A DNA stretch of 62,611 nucleotides, taken from contig LJTQ01000001.1 in assembly GCA_001303445.1 (NCBI GenBank), forward strand, positions 1 to 62,611, given 5' to 3'. Positions 44,535 through 52,845 of the stretch are shown piece by piece. The DNA is from Betaproteobacteria bacterium SG8_39 (GTDB taxonomy: Bacteria; Pseudomonadota; Gammaproteobacteria; Burkholderiales; SG8-39). The notes beneath the pieces are model-generated. The model had not been told where the DNA came from. It did not search any database and worked only from the letters and a program-made list of their open reading frames with translations. A program made the position numbers and the translations under genes. The first letter of the stretch is position 1; each line of letters opens with the position of its first letter.

Positions 44535-44633
44535 ATGAACGTCCAAGAAACCGTGATGCTGTTGCTGATGACCGTTCCGAGTTGGGTCGTTGCCGCGGCG
44601 GCGCTGATCACGCTGCTCTTCGCCGGCGCGTAG
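44535..44633 (+). CDS. candidate 32-aa hydrophobic mini-protein (below the ORF-track cutoff)
   Basis: ATG 44535 preceded by GGAGAA (44525-44530). Own translation MNVQETVMLLLMTVPSWVVAAAALITLLFAGA, stop TAG 44631-44633, one predicted TM helix. No homology evidence. Confidence 0.3.
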   Translation: MNVQETVMLLLMTVPSWVVAAAALITLLFAGA

Positions 44634-44688
44634 AATCGATCCGCTTAGTGTTCAGCCCGGGGCGATGGCGCGCCGGGAAGGGGGAAGA

Positions 44689-45663
44689 ATGAATCGGCGC
44701 GACGGCCTCGCGGCTCTGCTCGGCGCGCTCGTAGTCCCGGCCGCTTCGCTCGCCCAGGGCGCGCGAATTCCGAGAATCGGCTACTTGACGCTTGCCCCGC
44801 TCGGCGAAAAACCCTCGGGCGACCGGCTGGCGTTTTTGGAGGGGCTGCGCGAGCTGGGCCATGTCGACGGCAAGACCGTCGAGATCGTCTATCGCTCGGG
44901 CGAGATGAATCTCGAGATTCTCGGGTTTGCGGCGCAGTCGCTCGTCGAGGCAAAGGTCGATGTCATCGCAGTTGCCGGTACGGTCCCAGCGCTCGCCGCA
45001 AAAAAGGCGACCGCGACGATTCCGATCGTCATGATTTTTGCCTCCGAGCCCGTGATCGCCGGCCTGGTTGACGACCTTGCGCGGCCTGGTGGCAACGTCA
45101 CCGGCGTATCGACGATTCAGACCGAGCTTGATCCCAAGCGGCTCGCGATGCTGAAGGAGATCAAGCCCGACATAAGGCGCGTCGCGGCATTCTGGACGCG
45201 CTTTCACCCGTCGCATGAGGCCGAAATTCAGGTCGTCGAAAAAACGGCGCAATCGCTGGGCCTCGTGCTGGAGTCGTACGATGTAACCGATGACCTGCTG
45301 GGTGTTCTGCGCACGCTGGGAGCACGCCCGCCCGACGCGGTCTTCGTCCTTTGGGACGTGCGCACGCTCAGCTACCGGCAGTTCATCATTGACTTCGCGT
45401 TCAAGCACAAGCTGCCGACGAGCATGCCGCTTGAGCCCTACGTGGTCTCGGGCGGCCTGATGTCCTACGGTCCCAACGTGCGGGCGATCTTCCGGCGTAG
45501 CGCCTCGTATGTGCACCGCATCCTGCGCGGCGCAAAGCCGGCCGACCTGCCGGTCGAGCGGCCGGCAAAATTCGACCTCGTGCTGAACATGAGGACCGCC
45601 CGTGCTTTGAAGCTTGAGCTGCCGGCGACGCTGACCCTGCTGGCAGACCGAATAGTCGAGTGA
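44689..45663 (+). CDS. periplasmic binding protein, ABC_sub_bind type, paralog 1 (no transporter partner in window)
   Basis: Start at ATG 44689 after GGGGGAAG (MNRRDGLAALLGALVVPAASLAQG signal). IPRIGYL, ATIPIVM, ARPGGNVTGVS and C-terminal RGAKPADLPVERPAKFDLVLNMRTARALKLELPATLTLLADRIVE are family hallmarks. Confidence 0.85.
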   Translation: MNRRDGLAALLGALVVPAASLAQGARIPRIGYLTLAPLGEKPSGDRLAFLEGLRELGHVDGKTVEIVYRSGEMNLEILGFAAQSLVEAKVDVIAVAGTVPALAAKKATATIPIVMIFASEPVIAGLVDDLARPGGNVTGVSTIQTELDPKRLAMLKEIKPDIRRVAAFWTRFHPSHEAEIQVVEKTAQSLGLVLESYDVTDDLLGVLRTLGARPPDAVFVLWDVRTLSYRQFIIDFAFKHKLPTSMPLEPYVVSGGLMSYGPNVRAIFRRSASYVHRILRGAKPADLPVERPAKFDLVLNMRTARALKLELPATLTLLADRIVE

Positions 45664-46643
45664 ATCGCCGGAAGACACTCGCCGCGTTGTTCGCCCTCAC
45701 CGCAATGCCCGGCTGGCTACGCGCAGAGGGCGCGCGCCGGCCGAAGATCGGCTACCTCGTGCTGGAGTCGATCCGGGAGGCTCCATCCAGGGAGCGGCAG
45801 GCCTTTCTCGACGGCCTGCACAGTTTCGGGCTGGTCGCGGGGAAGTCGCTCGACATCGTCTACCGGTCAGCGGAGAACGAGCCGGAATTTCTGCGTCCGA
45901 TGTGCGAAGAGCTGTTGCGCGAAAACGTCGATGTCCTGGCCACCGTGGGCGCGCTGCCGACGCTGGCCTGCCTGCAGACGACGGGCACGGTGCCGATCGT
46001 CTTTCTCGCGGCGGGCGACCCGATTGGCATCGGGGCGGCCGAGTCACTCGCACGCCCTGGTCGCAACGCGACCGGCGTGAGCTACATCCTGAGCGAGCTG
46101 GCGGGCAAGCGAATCGAGTTTTTGCGCCTTGCCGTGCCCGCCGCCCGGCGGGTCGCCTTCGTCTGGGACCTGACCAATCGAGAGGCGCAGATCGAGGCGG
46201 AGGTTGCGCAGGCCGCGGCGGTGAAGCTCGGCATCCGGACCGACCCGGTGCCGGTCGATTCACAGTCCAGCTTGCACGCGGGCCTCGAGCGCATTGCGCG
46301 CGCGCGACCGGATGCGATTTACATGAGCTTCGCCGCAGGCGTGATCGCGCGCAATCGCACGACGATTGCCGAATTCGGCTTGCGGCATCGCCTGCCGGTG
46401 GTCTCCGGCTGGACATTCATGACGGAGGCCGGCGGACTGTTGAGCTACTCGCCCGATATCCAGGCGATGTTCCGCCGCAGCGCCTACTATGTGGATCGCA
46501 TTATCAAGGGCGCAAAACCCGGTGAGCTGCCGATCGAACAGGCGACAAAGATCGAGCTGGTGGTCAATCTCGCGACGGCGCGAAGGCTGGGCATCACGCT
46601 GCCGCCCGACATCCTGCTGCACGCCGACCGGGTAATCGAGTGA
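45660..46643 (+). CDS. periplasmic binding protein, ABC_sub_bind type, paralog 2
   Basis: GTG 45660 overlaps the previous stop (GTGA). Same motif set (PKIGYL, TVPIVFL, ARPGRNATGVS, KGAKPGELPIEQATKIELVVNLATARRLGITLPPDILLHADRVIE). Confidence 0.85.
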   Translation: MNRRKTLAALFALTAMPGWLRAEGARRPKIGYLVLESIREAPSRERQAFLDGLHSFGLVAGKSLDIVYRSAENEPEFLRPMCEELLRENVDVLATVGALPTLACLQTTGTVPIVFLAAGDPIGIGAAESLARPGRNATGVSYILSELAGKRIEFLRLAVPAARRVAFVWDLTNREAQIEAEVAQAAAVKLGIRTDPVPVDSQSSLHAGLERIARARPDAIYMSFAAGVIARNRTTIAEFGLRHRLPVVSGWTFMTEAGGLLSYSPDIQAMFRRSAYYVDRIIKGAKPGELPIEQATKIELVVNLATARRLGITLPPDILLHADRVIE

Positions 46644-49600
46644 AGAAGCGCGGCAGCATCTACCGCAAGTACGTCGTTCTGGTCGTCGCACTGGTCGGCG
46701 GCGCGCTGCTGGTGAGCGGGCTCGCCAGCATGTACCGCACCTATGTCGAGACGCGGGCCGCACTGCTTGCGGTCGAGCGCGAGCACGCGGTCTCCGCCTC
46801 AATCCGGATCGAGAATTTCGTCGAGAACATCGAGCGGCAGATCGGCTGGACGTCGCTGCCGCAGGTCGTGGCGAATGCCAATAAGCTCGAAACGCGGCGG
46901 TTCGACTACATCAAGCTCCTGCGTCAGGTGAAGGAGATCACCGAGGCGACCTACATCGACGCGCAGGGCCAGGAGCAGGTGCGCGAGTCGCGCATCGGGA
47001 TGTCCGCCTACGGCAGTGGCGCGGACCTGAGCGATGACCCGCGGTTCAAGGCCGCAAGCACCGGGCAGACCTATTTCGGCCCGGTCATCTTCCGCAAGGA
47101 GACCGAGCCGTACATGGCGATCGCCGTGCCGATCGACAAGTATGCCGGTGGCGGAGTGACCGCAGTCGACGTCAACCTGAAATTCATGTGGGAGGTGATC
47201 CAGCGCATCCGGGTCGGCAAGACGGGCTTTGCCTACGTCGTCGACCGGCGGGGGCGCCTGATCGCACATCCCGATATCAGCCTGGTGCTGCAGAAGACGG
47301 ATCTGTCTTCGCTGCCGCAGGTGGGGGCAGCGCTTCCGCGGGAGGGCGTCGCGGCAAGCGCCGTGCCGCGCGTCAGCGAAGCACGTGACCTTGCCGGCAA
47401 GCCGGTGCTGACGGCTTCGGCGCGCATCGAGTCGCTCGGCTGGACGGTGTTCGTCGAGCAATCGGCCGACGAGGCCTACCGGCCGTTGTACGCCTCGTTG
47501 CTGCGCACTGGCGGCCTGCTCATTGCCGGCCTGCTGCTCGCGATGATCGCCGGCTTCATCTTCGCGCGCCGCATGGTCGAGCCAATCCGCGCGCTGCAGG
47601 CGGGTGCGGACGCGCTCGGCGAAGGTGACCTTGCGCGGCGCATCGAGGTGCGCACCGGGGACGAGCTCGAAGCACTCGGCGAGCGTTTCAACGAGATGGC
47701 CAGCAAGCTCGCCGCCTCCTACGCGGGGCTCGAGCGCAAGGTCGAGGAACGCACGCAGGAGCTTCAGGAGACGCTCGGGCGGCAAACCGCAACCAGCGAG
47801 GTGCTGCGCGCGATCAGTGGTTCGCCGACCGACACGGCGCCGGTGTTCGATGTGATCCTGCACCGCGTGGTGGCGCTGTGTGAGGCGGGCGTCGCCGTGC
47901 TCCTGATGTACGACGGCGACCTGCTGCGGCCGGTGGCCGGCGTGAACGTGGTGCCCGAGCTGTTCGAAAAGCTGCGCGCTGCCGAGCTGCGCCCGGCGCC
48001 GTGGAACCCGACGCTGCTTGCGGCGCTCGAGCGGCGTACGGTGCATGCGAGCGATATTCTGGACTTCCCGGAGTTCCGACCGCTGACGGGCGGCACGATG
48101 ACGCGCGACGATCCCTGGCGCACGGCGCTTGCCGTGCCGCTGCTGCGCGAAGGCACACTCACCGGGGTCATCACTGCGTGGCGCAAGGCCGTGCGGCCGT
48201 TCACCGAGAAGCAGATCGAACTGGTGTCGACCTTCGCCGACCAGGCGGTGATCGCGATCGAGAACGTACGCCTGTTCAACGAGACCACCGAGGCGCTTGA
48301 GCAGCAGACCGCCACCGCCGAGATTCTGCGCGCGATCTCGGCCTCGCCGAGCGACGTCGCGCCGGTGTTCGAGGCGATCCTCGACAGCGCCACGCGCTTG
48401 TGCGACAGCCCGCTCTCCGCGGTATTCCGTTACGAAGGCGAGGTCGTCCATCTGGTCGCGCACCGCAACTGGCCGCCCTCCGCAATTGCGGAAATGAAGA
48501 AGTACTACCCGGGGCCACCGAACTCGAAGATGATGAGTGGGCGCACGATTCTCTCCGGGGTGCTGCAGCACGAGGACGACACGCACGCCGATTCGGGCTA
48601 CGACCAGAGGGTGGCGCACAGCGGAGGCTGGCGGCGCATGCTCGGTGTGCCGATCAAGCGCGGCGCCAGGGTTCTCGGTGCTGTCATCGTGGGTTGGCCG
48701 ACACCGGGCAAGACGCCCGAGCGGCAGATGCGGCTGCTCGAAACCTTCGCCGAGCAGGCGGCGATCGCGATCGAGAACGTGCGCCTGTTCAACGAGACCA
48801 AGGAGGCGCTCGAGCAGCAGCAGGCCTCGGCCGAGGTCCTCGGCGTCATCAGCAGCTCGGTGGCCGATACCCAGCCGGTGTTCGACAAGGTGACGGAAAG
48901 CTGCCAGCGGCTGTTTGCAGGTCTCAACGTCGGCATCAACGTGGTGCGTGACGATGGCCAGCTTTACCTCGCCGCCTTCTCGGGGCCTGCGCGGGAGGCC
49001 CTCGAGGGTGTTTTTCCGGTACCGCTCAGCCGGGACTCGGGGTCGGGCGCGGCGATCCTGCAGCGCCAGGTGCTGCACTACCCGGACGTCGAGGCGGTGG
49101 ATGTGCCCGAGTTTGCGCGGCGCGGGTCACGTGCGGCCGGAAACCGGGCAGTGATCTTTGCGCCGATCCTGTGGGAGGGCAAAGGCATCGGCGCGATTCA
49201 CGTCGGGCGGGCACGCACGGGCCCGTTTTCCGACAAGGAGATCGCGCTGCTCAGGCATTTCGCCGACCAGACCGCGATCGCGATCCAGAACGCGCGCCTG
49301 TTCCGCGAGATCGAGGACAAGAGCCGGCAGCTCGAGATCGCCAACAAGCACAAGTCGGACTTTCTCGCCAACATGTCGCATGAGCTGCGTACGCCGCTCA
49401 ACGCGATCATCGGCTTCTCGGAAGTGCTGACCGAGAAAATGTTCGGCGAAGTGAACGAGAAGCAGCTCGACTACCTGCAGGACATCCATTCCTCCGGCAA
49501 GCACCTGCTCTCGCTGATCAACGACATTCTCGACCTGTCGAAAATCGAGGCCGGGCGGATGGAGCTCGATCTGGTTCAAGTCAACGTGCCCGATACGCTG

Positions 49601-50047
49601 TCGAGCGCGCTGACGCTGGTGCGCGAGCGCGCACAGAACCACGGTATCCAGCTCGCGCTCGAGATCGACCCGAAAGTCGGCGTCATCGAGGCCGATGAGC
49701 GCAAGGTGAAGCAGGTCGTGCTGAACCTGCTGTCGAACGCGGTCAAATTCACGCCAGACGGAGGCCGGATCGCGATGCGTGCGACACTCGATACGGACCA
49801 TGTGGCAGTTGCGGTTCATGACACCGGCATCGGCATCGCGCCAGAGGACCAGGACGCGGTGTTCGAGGAGTTCAAGCAGGTCGGGCGCGACTACACCAAG
49901 AAAGCCGAGGGTACGGGTCTCGGCCTTGCCCTCACCAAGCGCATCGTCGAGTTGCACGGCGGACGCATCTGGCTCGAAAGCGCGCCGGGCAAGGGCTCGA
50001 CCTTCACGTTTACACTTCCGCTGACCCAGGAGAAGGGGGCGCCATGA
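46640..50047 (+). CDS. sensor histidine kinase: TM - Cache-like periplasmic domain - TM - HAMP - three GAF modules - HisKA - HATPase
   Basis: 1135 aa, GTGA overlap with paralog 2. TM1 VVLVVALVGGALLVSGL, Cache motif GFAYVVDRRGRLIAHPD, TM2 GGLLIAGLLLAMIAGFIF, HAMP (PIRALQAGADALGEGDLARRIEVRTGDELEAL). Three repeats are delimited by AIAIENVRLFNET.EALEQQ.A.AE. H-box SHELRTPLN, G-boxes HDTGIGI and GTGLGLALT. Confidence 0.9.
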   Translation: MKKRGSIYRKYVVLVVALVGGALLVSGLASMYRTYVETRAALLAVEREHAVSASIRIENFVENIERQIGWTSLPQVVANANKLETRRFDYIKLLRQVKEITEATYIDAQGQEQVRESRIGMSAYGSGADLSDDPRFKAASTGQTYFGPVIFRKETEPYMAIAVPIDKYAGGGVTAVDVNLKFMWEVIQRIRVGKTGFAYVVDRRGRLIAHPDISLVLQKTDLSSLPQVGAALPREGVAASAVPRVSEARDLAGKPVLTASARIESLGWTVFVEQSADEAYRPLYASLLRTGGLLIAGLLLAMIAGFIFARRMVEPIRALQAGADALGEGDLARRIEVRTGDELEALGERFNEMASKLAASYAGLERKVEERTQELQETLGRQTATSEVLRAISGSPTDTAPVFDVILHRVVALCEAGVAVLLMYDGDLLRPVAGVNVVPELFEKLRAAELRPAPWNPTLLAALERRTVHASDILDFPEFRPLTGGTMTRDDPWRTALAVPLLREGTLTGVITAWRKAVRPFTEKQIELVSTFADQAVIAIENVRLFNETTEALEQQTATAEILRAISASPSDVAPVFEAILDSATRLCDSPLSAVFRYEGEVVHLVAHRNWPPSAIAEMKKYYPGPPNSKMMSGRTILSGVLQHEDDTHADSGYDQRVAHSGGWRRMLGVPIKRGARVLGAVIVGWPTPGKTPERQMRLLETFAEQAAIAIENVRLFNETKEALEQQQASAEVLGVISSSVADTQPVFDKVTESCQRLFAGLNVGINVVRDDGQLYLAAFSGPAREALEGVFPVPLSRDSGSGAAILQRQVLHYPDVEAVDVPEFARRGSRAAGNRAVIFAPILWEGKGIGAIHVGRARTGPFSDKEIALLRHFADQTAIAIQNARLFREIEDKSRQLEIANKHKSDFLANMSHELRTPLNAIIGFSEVLTEKMFGEVNEKQLDYLQDIHSSGKHLLSLINDILDLSKIEAGRMELDLVQVNVPDTLSSALTLVRERAQNHGIQLALEIDPKVGVIEADERKVKQVVLNLLSNAVKFTPDGGRIAMRATLDTDHVAVAVHDTGIGIAPEDQDAVFEEFKQVGRDYTKKAEGTGLGLALTKRIVELHGGRIWLESAPGKGSTFTFTLPLTQEKGAP

Positions 50048-50418
50048 GCGTAGTCCTGATCGTCGAAGACAACGACAAAAACATGAAGCTCGCGCGCGAC
50101 GTGCTGCAGGCCAAGGGGTATTCGACGCTCGAGGCAGTGACCGGCGAGGACGGCGTGCGGATCGCCAAAGAGCAGTGCCCCGATCTCGTGTTGATGGATA
50201 TCCAGCTGCCGGGCATCAGCGGCATCGATGCACTCAAGGCGCTGAGGAGCGATGCGCAGACCGCGAAGATCCCGGTTGCGGCGCTGACCGCCTCGGTGAC
50301 GCCGACCGACCGCTCGCAGATCGCGGCGGCAGGGTTCGACGCGTTCCTTTCGAAGCCGATCAATTTGAAGGAATTCCTCGAGACGGTAAAACGCCTGACG
50401 GAGGGTGAGCGCGCGTGA
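50044..50418 (+). CDS. stand-alone receiver (CheY-like) response regulator
   Basis: 124 aa, ATGA overlap with the kinase stop. VLIVEDNDKN, phospho-acceptor context DLVLMDIQLPG, SKP lysine. Confidence 0.9.
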   Translation: MSVVLIVEDNDKNMKLARDVLQAKGYSTLEAVTGEDGVRIAKEQCPDLVLMDIQLPGISGIDALKALRSDAQTAKIPVAALTASVTPTDRSQIAAAGFDAFLSKPINLKEFLETVKRLTEGERA

Positions 50419-51515
50419 GTCACAAGGTTCTCGTGGTCGACGACACACCGGCGAACGTCAAGCTGCTCGCTGACCTGCTCAAGGTCAAGGGCTATGAGGT
50501 GGCGACGGCGGCGAACGGCGAGGAGGGGCTCGCCAAGGTCGCCGCCGAGCACCCGGACATCGTGCTGCTCGACATCATGATGCCGGGCATGTCGGGCTAT
50601 GACGTGTGCCGCACGATTCGCGCAAACCCAGCCACCGCGCTGCTGCCGGTGGTGCTGGTGACCTCGCTCGACCCCAACCAGGAGCGGGTGAAGGGCATGG
50701 AGGCAGGGGCCGACGATTTTCTGCAGAAGCCGATCAACCAGCAGGAACTGTTCGCGCGCGTGAAGTCGCTGTTGCGCGTAAAGTCGCTGCAGGACGAGGT
50801 GAAGCAGCAGGCGGAGAAGCTCGCCGAGTGGAACGCGATGCTCGAGGCGAGGGTGAAAGAGCAGGTGGATCAGCTCGAGCGTCTCGGACGGCTGAAAAAC
50901 TTCTTCTCGCCGCAGCTCGGTGAAGCGATTCTTGCCGGCGGCGGCGAAGATCTGCTGAAGACGCACCGCCGCGAGGTGAACGTCGTGTTTCTCGATCTGC
51001 GCAGGTTCACCGCCTTCATCGATAACGCAGAGCCGGAGGAGGTGATGGAGCTGCTGCGTGAGTACCACGCCGCAATGGGCAAGCTGGTGCTGGCGCACGG
51101 CGGTACGCTCGAGCGCTTCGCCGGCGATGGCATGATGATCTTCTTCAACGACCCCGTGCCGATGGACAAGCCCGCCGAGTTGGCGGTGAAGATGGCGCTC
51201 GAGATGCAGCAGGCATTCCTGCCGATCGGGCAAAAATGGACCAAGCGCGGCTACGATCTCGGACTCGGCATCGGCATCGCGCAGGGTTATGCGACCTGCG
51301 GCGCGATCGGCTTCGAAGGGCGCTGGGACTATGCGGCAATCGGCAATGCGACCAACCTGGCCGCGCGTCTGTGTGCCGAGGCCGCGGGCGGCGAGATTCT
51401 GATCGATCGCAAGACGATGGCCGCAGTGGACGGTGCGTTCCAGTTCGCCGAGGCGGGGCCGTTCGAGCTCAAGGGCTACAGTCAGCCGGTACCGGCCTAT
51501 CGCGTGACCGAGTAA
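50415..51515 (+). CDS. response regulator with class III adenylate/guanylate cyclase output domain
   Basis: 366 aa, GTGA overlap. Receiver (VLVVDDTPANV, IVLLDIMMPG, QKP), coiled-coil linker, cyclase homology domain (VVFLDLRRFT, FAGDGMMIFFN, WDYAAIGNATNLAARL). Confidence 0.88.
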   Translation: MSHKVLVVDDTPANVKLLADLLKVKGYEVATAANGEEGLAKVAAEHPDIVLLDIMMPGMSGYDVCRTIRANPATALLPVVLVTSLDPNQERVKGMEAGADDFLQKPINQQELFARVKSLLRVKSLQDEVKQQAEKLAEWNAMLEARVKEQVDQLERLGRLKNFFSPQLGEAILAGGGEDLLKTHRREVNVVFLDLRRFTAFIDNAEPEEVMELLREYHAAMGKLVLAHGGTLERFAGDGMMIFFNDPVPMDKPAELAVKMALEMQQAFLPIGQKWTKRGYDLGLGIGIAQGYATCGAIGFEGRWDYAAIGNATNLAARLCAEAAGGEILIDRKTMAAVDGAFQFAEAGPFELKGYSQPVPAYRVTE

Positions 51516-51544
51516 CCGTCCCACATGGAACCGGGAGGGCTGCG

Positions 51545-51850
51545 ATGCAACTGACAAGCATGCTAAAGTGCAGTGCGTTGATCGCCGGATGTCTGCTCGT
51601 CGTATCGGCGACTGCAGACGAGCGCACGGTACTGTTCACCATTCCGAAAATGAGCTCGGCGGAATGTCAGGTTGTGGTCACCGGCGCGCTTAAGGGCGTC
51701 GAAGGCGTGCGCAAGGTTTCGGCGGCGTATTCGACCAAGAGCGCCTATGTGACCTACGAGGACCGGAAAACGAATCTCGAGGCTTTGAAAAAGGCGACCG
51801 CGCGCGAAGGCTATCCGGTCTCCGACACGGTCGAGACGCGCAGGCAGTGA
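51545..51850 (+). CDS. secreted HMA-fold (heavy-metal-associated-like) small protein with degenerate metal motif
   Basis: ATG 51545 after GGGAGGG. 101 aa. Signal peptide MQLTSMLKCSALIAGCLLVVSATA. The core TVLFTIPKMSSAECQVVVTGALKGVEGVRKVSAAYSTKSAYVTYED...LKKATAREGYPV fits the beta-alpha-beta-beta-alpha-beta HMA pattern, but GMTCxxC is replaced by KMSSAEC (one Cys). Confidence 0.55.
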   Translation: MQLTSMLKCSALIAGCLLVVSATADERTVLFTIPKMSSAECQVVVTGALKGVEGVRKVSAAYSTKSAYVTYEDRKTNLEALKKATAREGYPVSDTVETRRQ

Positions 51851-52830
51851 AGCTGTCGGCCGCCATCGGCATCTGGCTCGCCGCGACGCTTGCCGGCACC
51901 TCGGTGCCGTCGACCGCGCTCGCGCAGGGCGCTCAGCGGTTGGCGTTCTTCACGTCGAGCGAAACGCCGACGGCGATACGCCAGCGCGACGCCCTGCTGG
52001 AAGGCCTGCGCGGACAGGGCATCGTGCCGGGAAAGGATCTGCGGCTGATCGAGGTCATCGCCGATCACGATTTTCGTCGATTGCCCGAGCTGGCGACGAA
52101 GCTGATGGAACAGAATCCGGACGTGATTGTGACGGCGTATGCCGGGGCGACGCTCGCCGCGATGCACGTCGCCGGCGATACGCCGGTGGTGTTCGCCGCG
52201 GTGAGCGGCCCGGTAGGCAACGGCATGGTGAAGAGTCTGGCGCATCCAGGCGGCAGCGCGACCGGGGTGGCGACGAACTATGCGGGCCTGGGCGGCAAGC
52301 GGCTCGAGTTGCTGAAGGACGCGTTTCCCAGCGTCTCCCGCGTCGCGCTGCTTTACCAGGAGAAGTACGCCTCGGCCTGCGAGCTCGAAATCAGCGAGGT
52401 CGTGGCAGCTGCGGGGCAGCTCGGGCTCGAGATAAAGCATTTCTCGGTCGTCGGGGGAGGTGCGCTCGGCGACGCGTTCAAGCGCATGAAGGCGCAGGGC
52501 GCGAATGCACTGTACGTGCCGACCTCGCCAATCAGCGCGTACATGCCGACGATCGTCCTGCTGGCGCGAAAGCATGGGCTGCCGGCGATATACGACAACC
52601 AGCGCTACGTCGAGGAGGGTGCCTTGATGTCCTTCGGCGCCGACGAAGCCGAAAGCTTCCGTCGTGCGGCACGGTACGTGGCGCGCATCCTGCGCGGCGC
52701 GAAACCGGGCGCGATGCCGGTCGAGGTGCTCGAGCGCGTGCGCCTCATCATCAACCTCAAGGAGGTGCGCGCGCGCAACATCGAGCTTCCGCCGTCGATC
52801 ATGACGCGGGCGGACGCGTTCGTCGAGTAA
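51847..52830 (+). CDS. periplasmic binding protein, ABC_sub_bind type, paralog 3
   Basis: GTG 51847 overlaps the previous stop. Signal peptide, then DTPVVFA, AHPGGSATGVA and RGAKPGAMPVEVLERVRLIINLKEVRARNIELPPSIMTRADAFVE. Confidence 0.85.
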   Translation: MKLSAAIGIWLAATLAGTSVPSTALAQGAQRLAFFTSSETPTAIRQRDALLEGLRGQGIVPGKDLRLIEVIADHDFRRLPELATKLMEQNPDVIVTAYAGATLAAMHVAGDTPVVFAAVSGPVGNGMVKSLAHPGGSATGVATNYAGLGGKRLELLKDAFPSVSRVALLYQEKYASACELEISEVVAAAGQLGLEIKHFSVVGGGALGDAFKRMKAQGANALYVPTSPISAYMPTIVLLARKHGLPAIYDNQRYVEEGALMSFGADEAESFRRAARYVARILRGAKPGAMPVEVLERVRLIINLKEVRARNIELPPSIMTRADAFVE

Positions 52831-52845
52831 GGCCTGCGGCGCGCG

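Noticed and set aside
47768-49320. Repeated ~50-nt DNA blocks inside the kinase gene as a CRISPR-like or tandem non-coding repeat.
   Set aside because: - The period is ~520 bp and the repeats are in frame.
- They correspond to the junctions of duplicated GAF domains.
- There is no short direct-repeat/spacer organisation.
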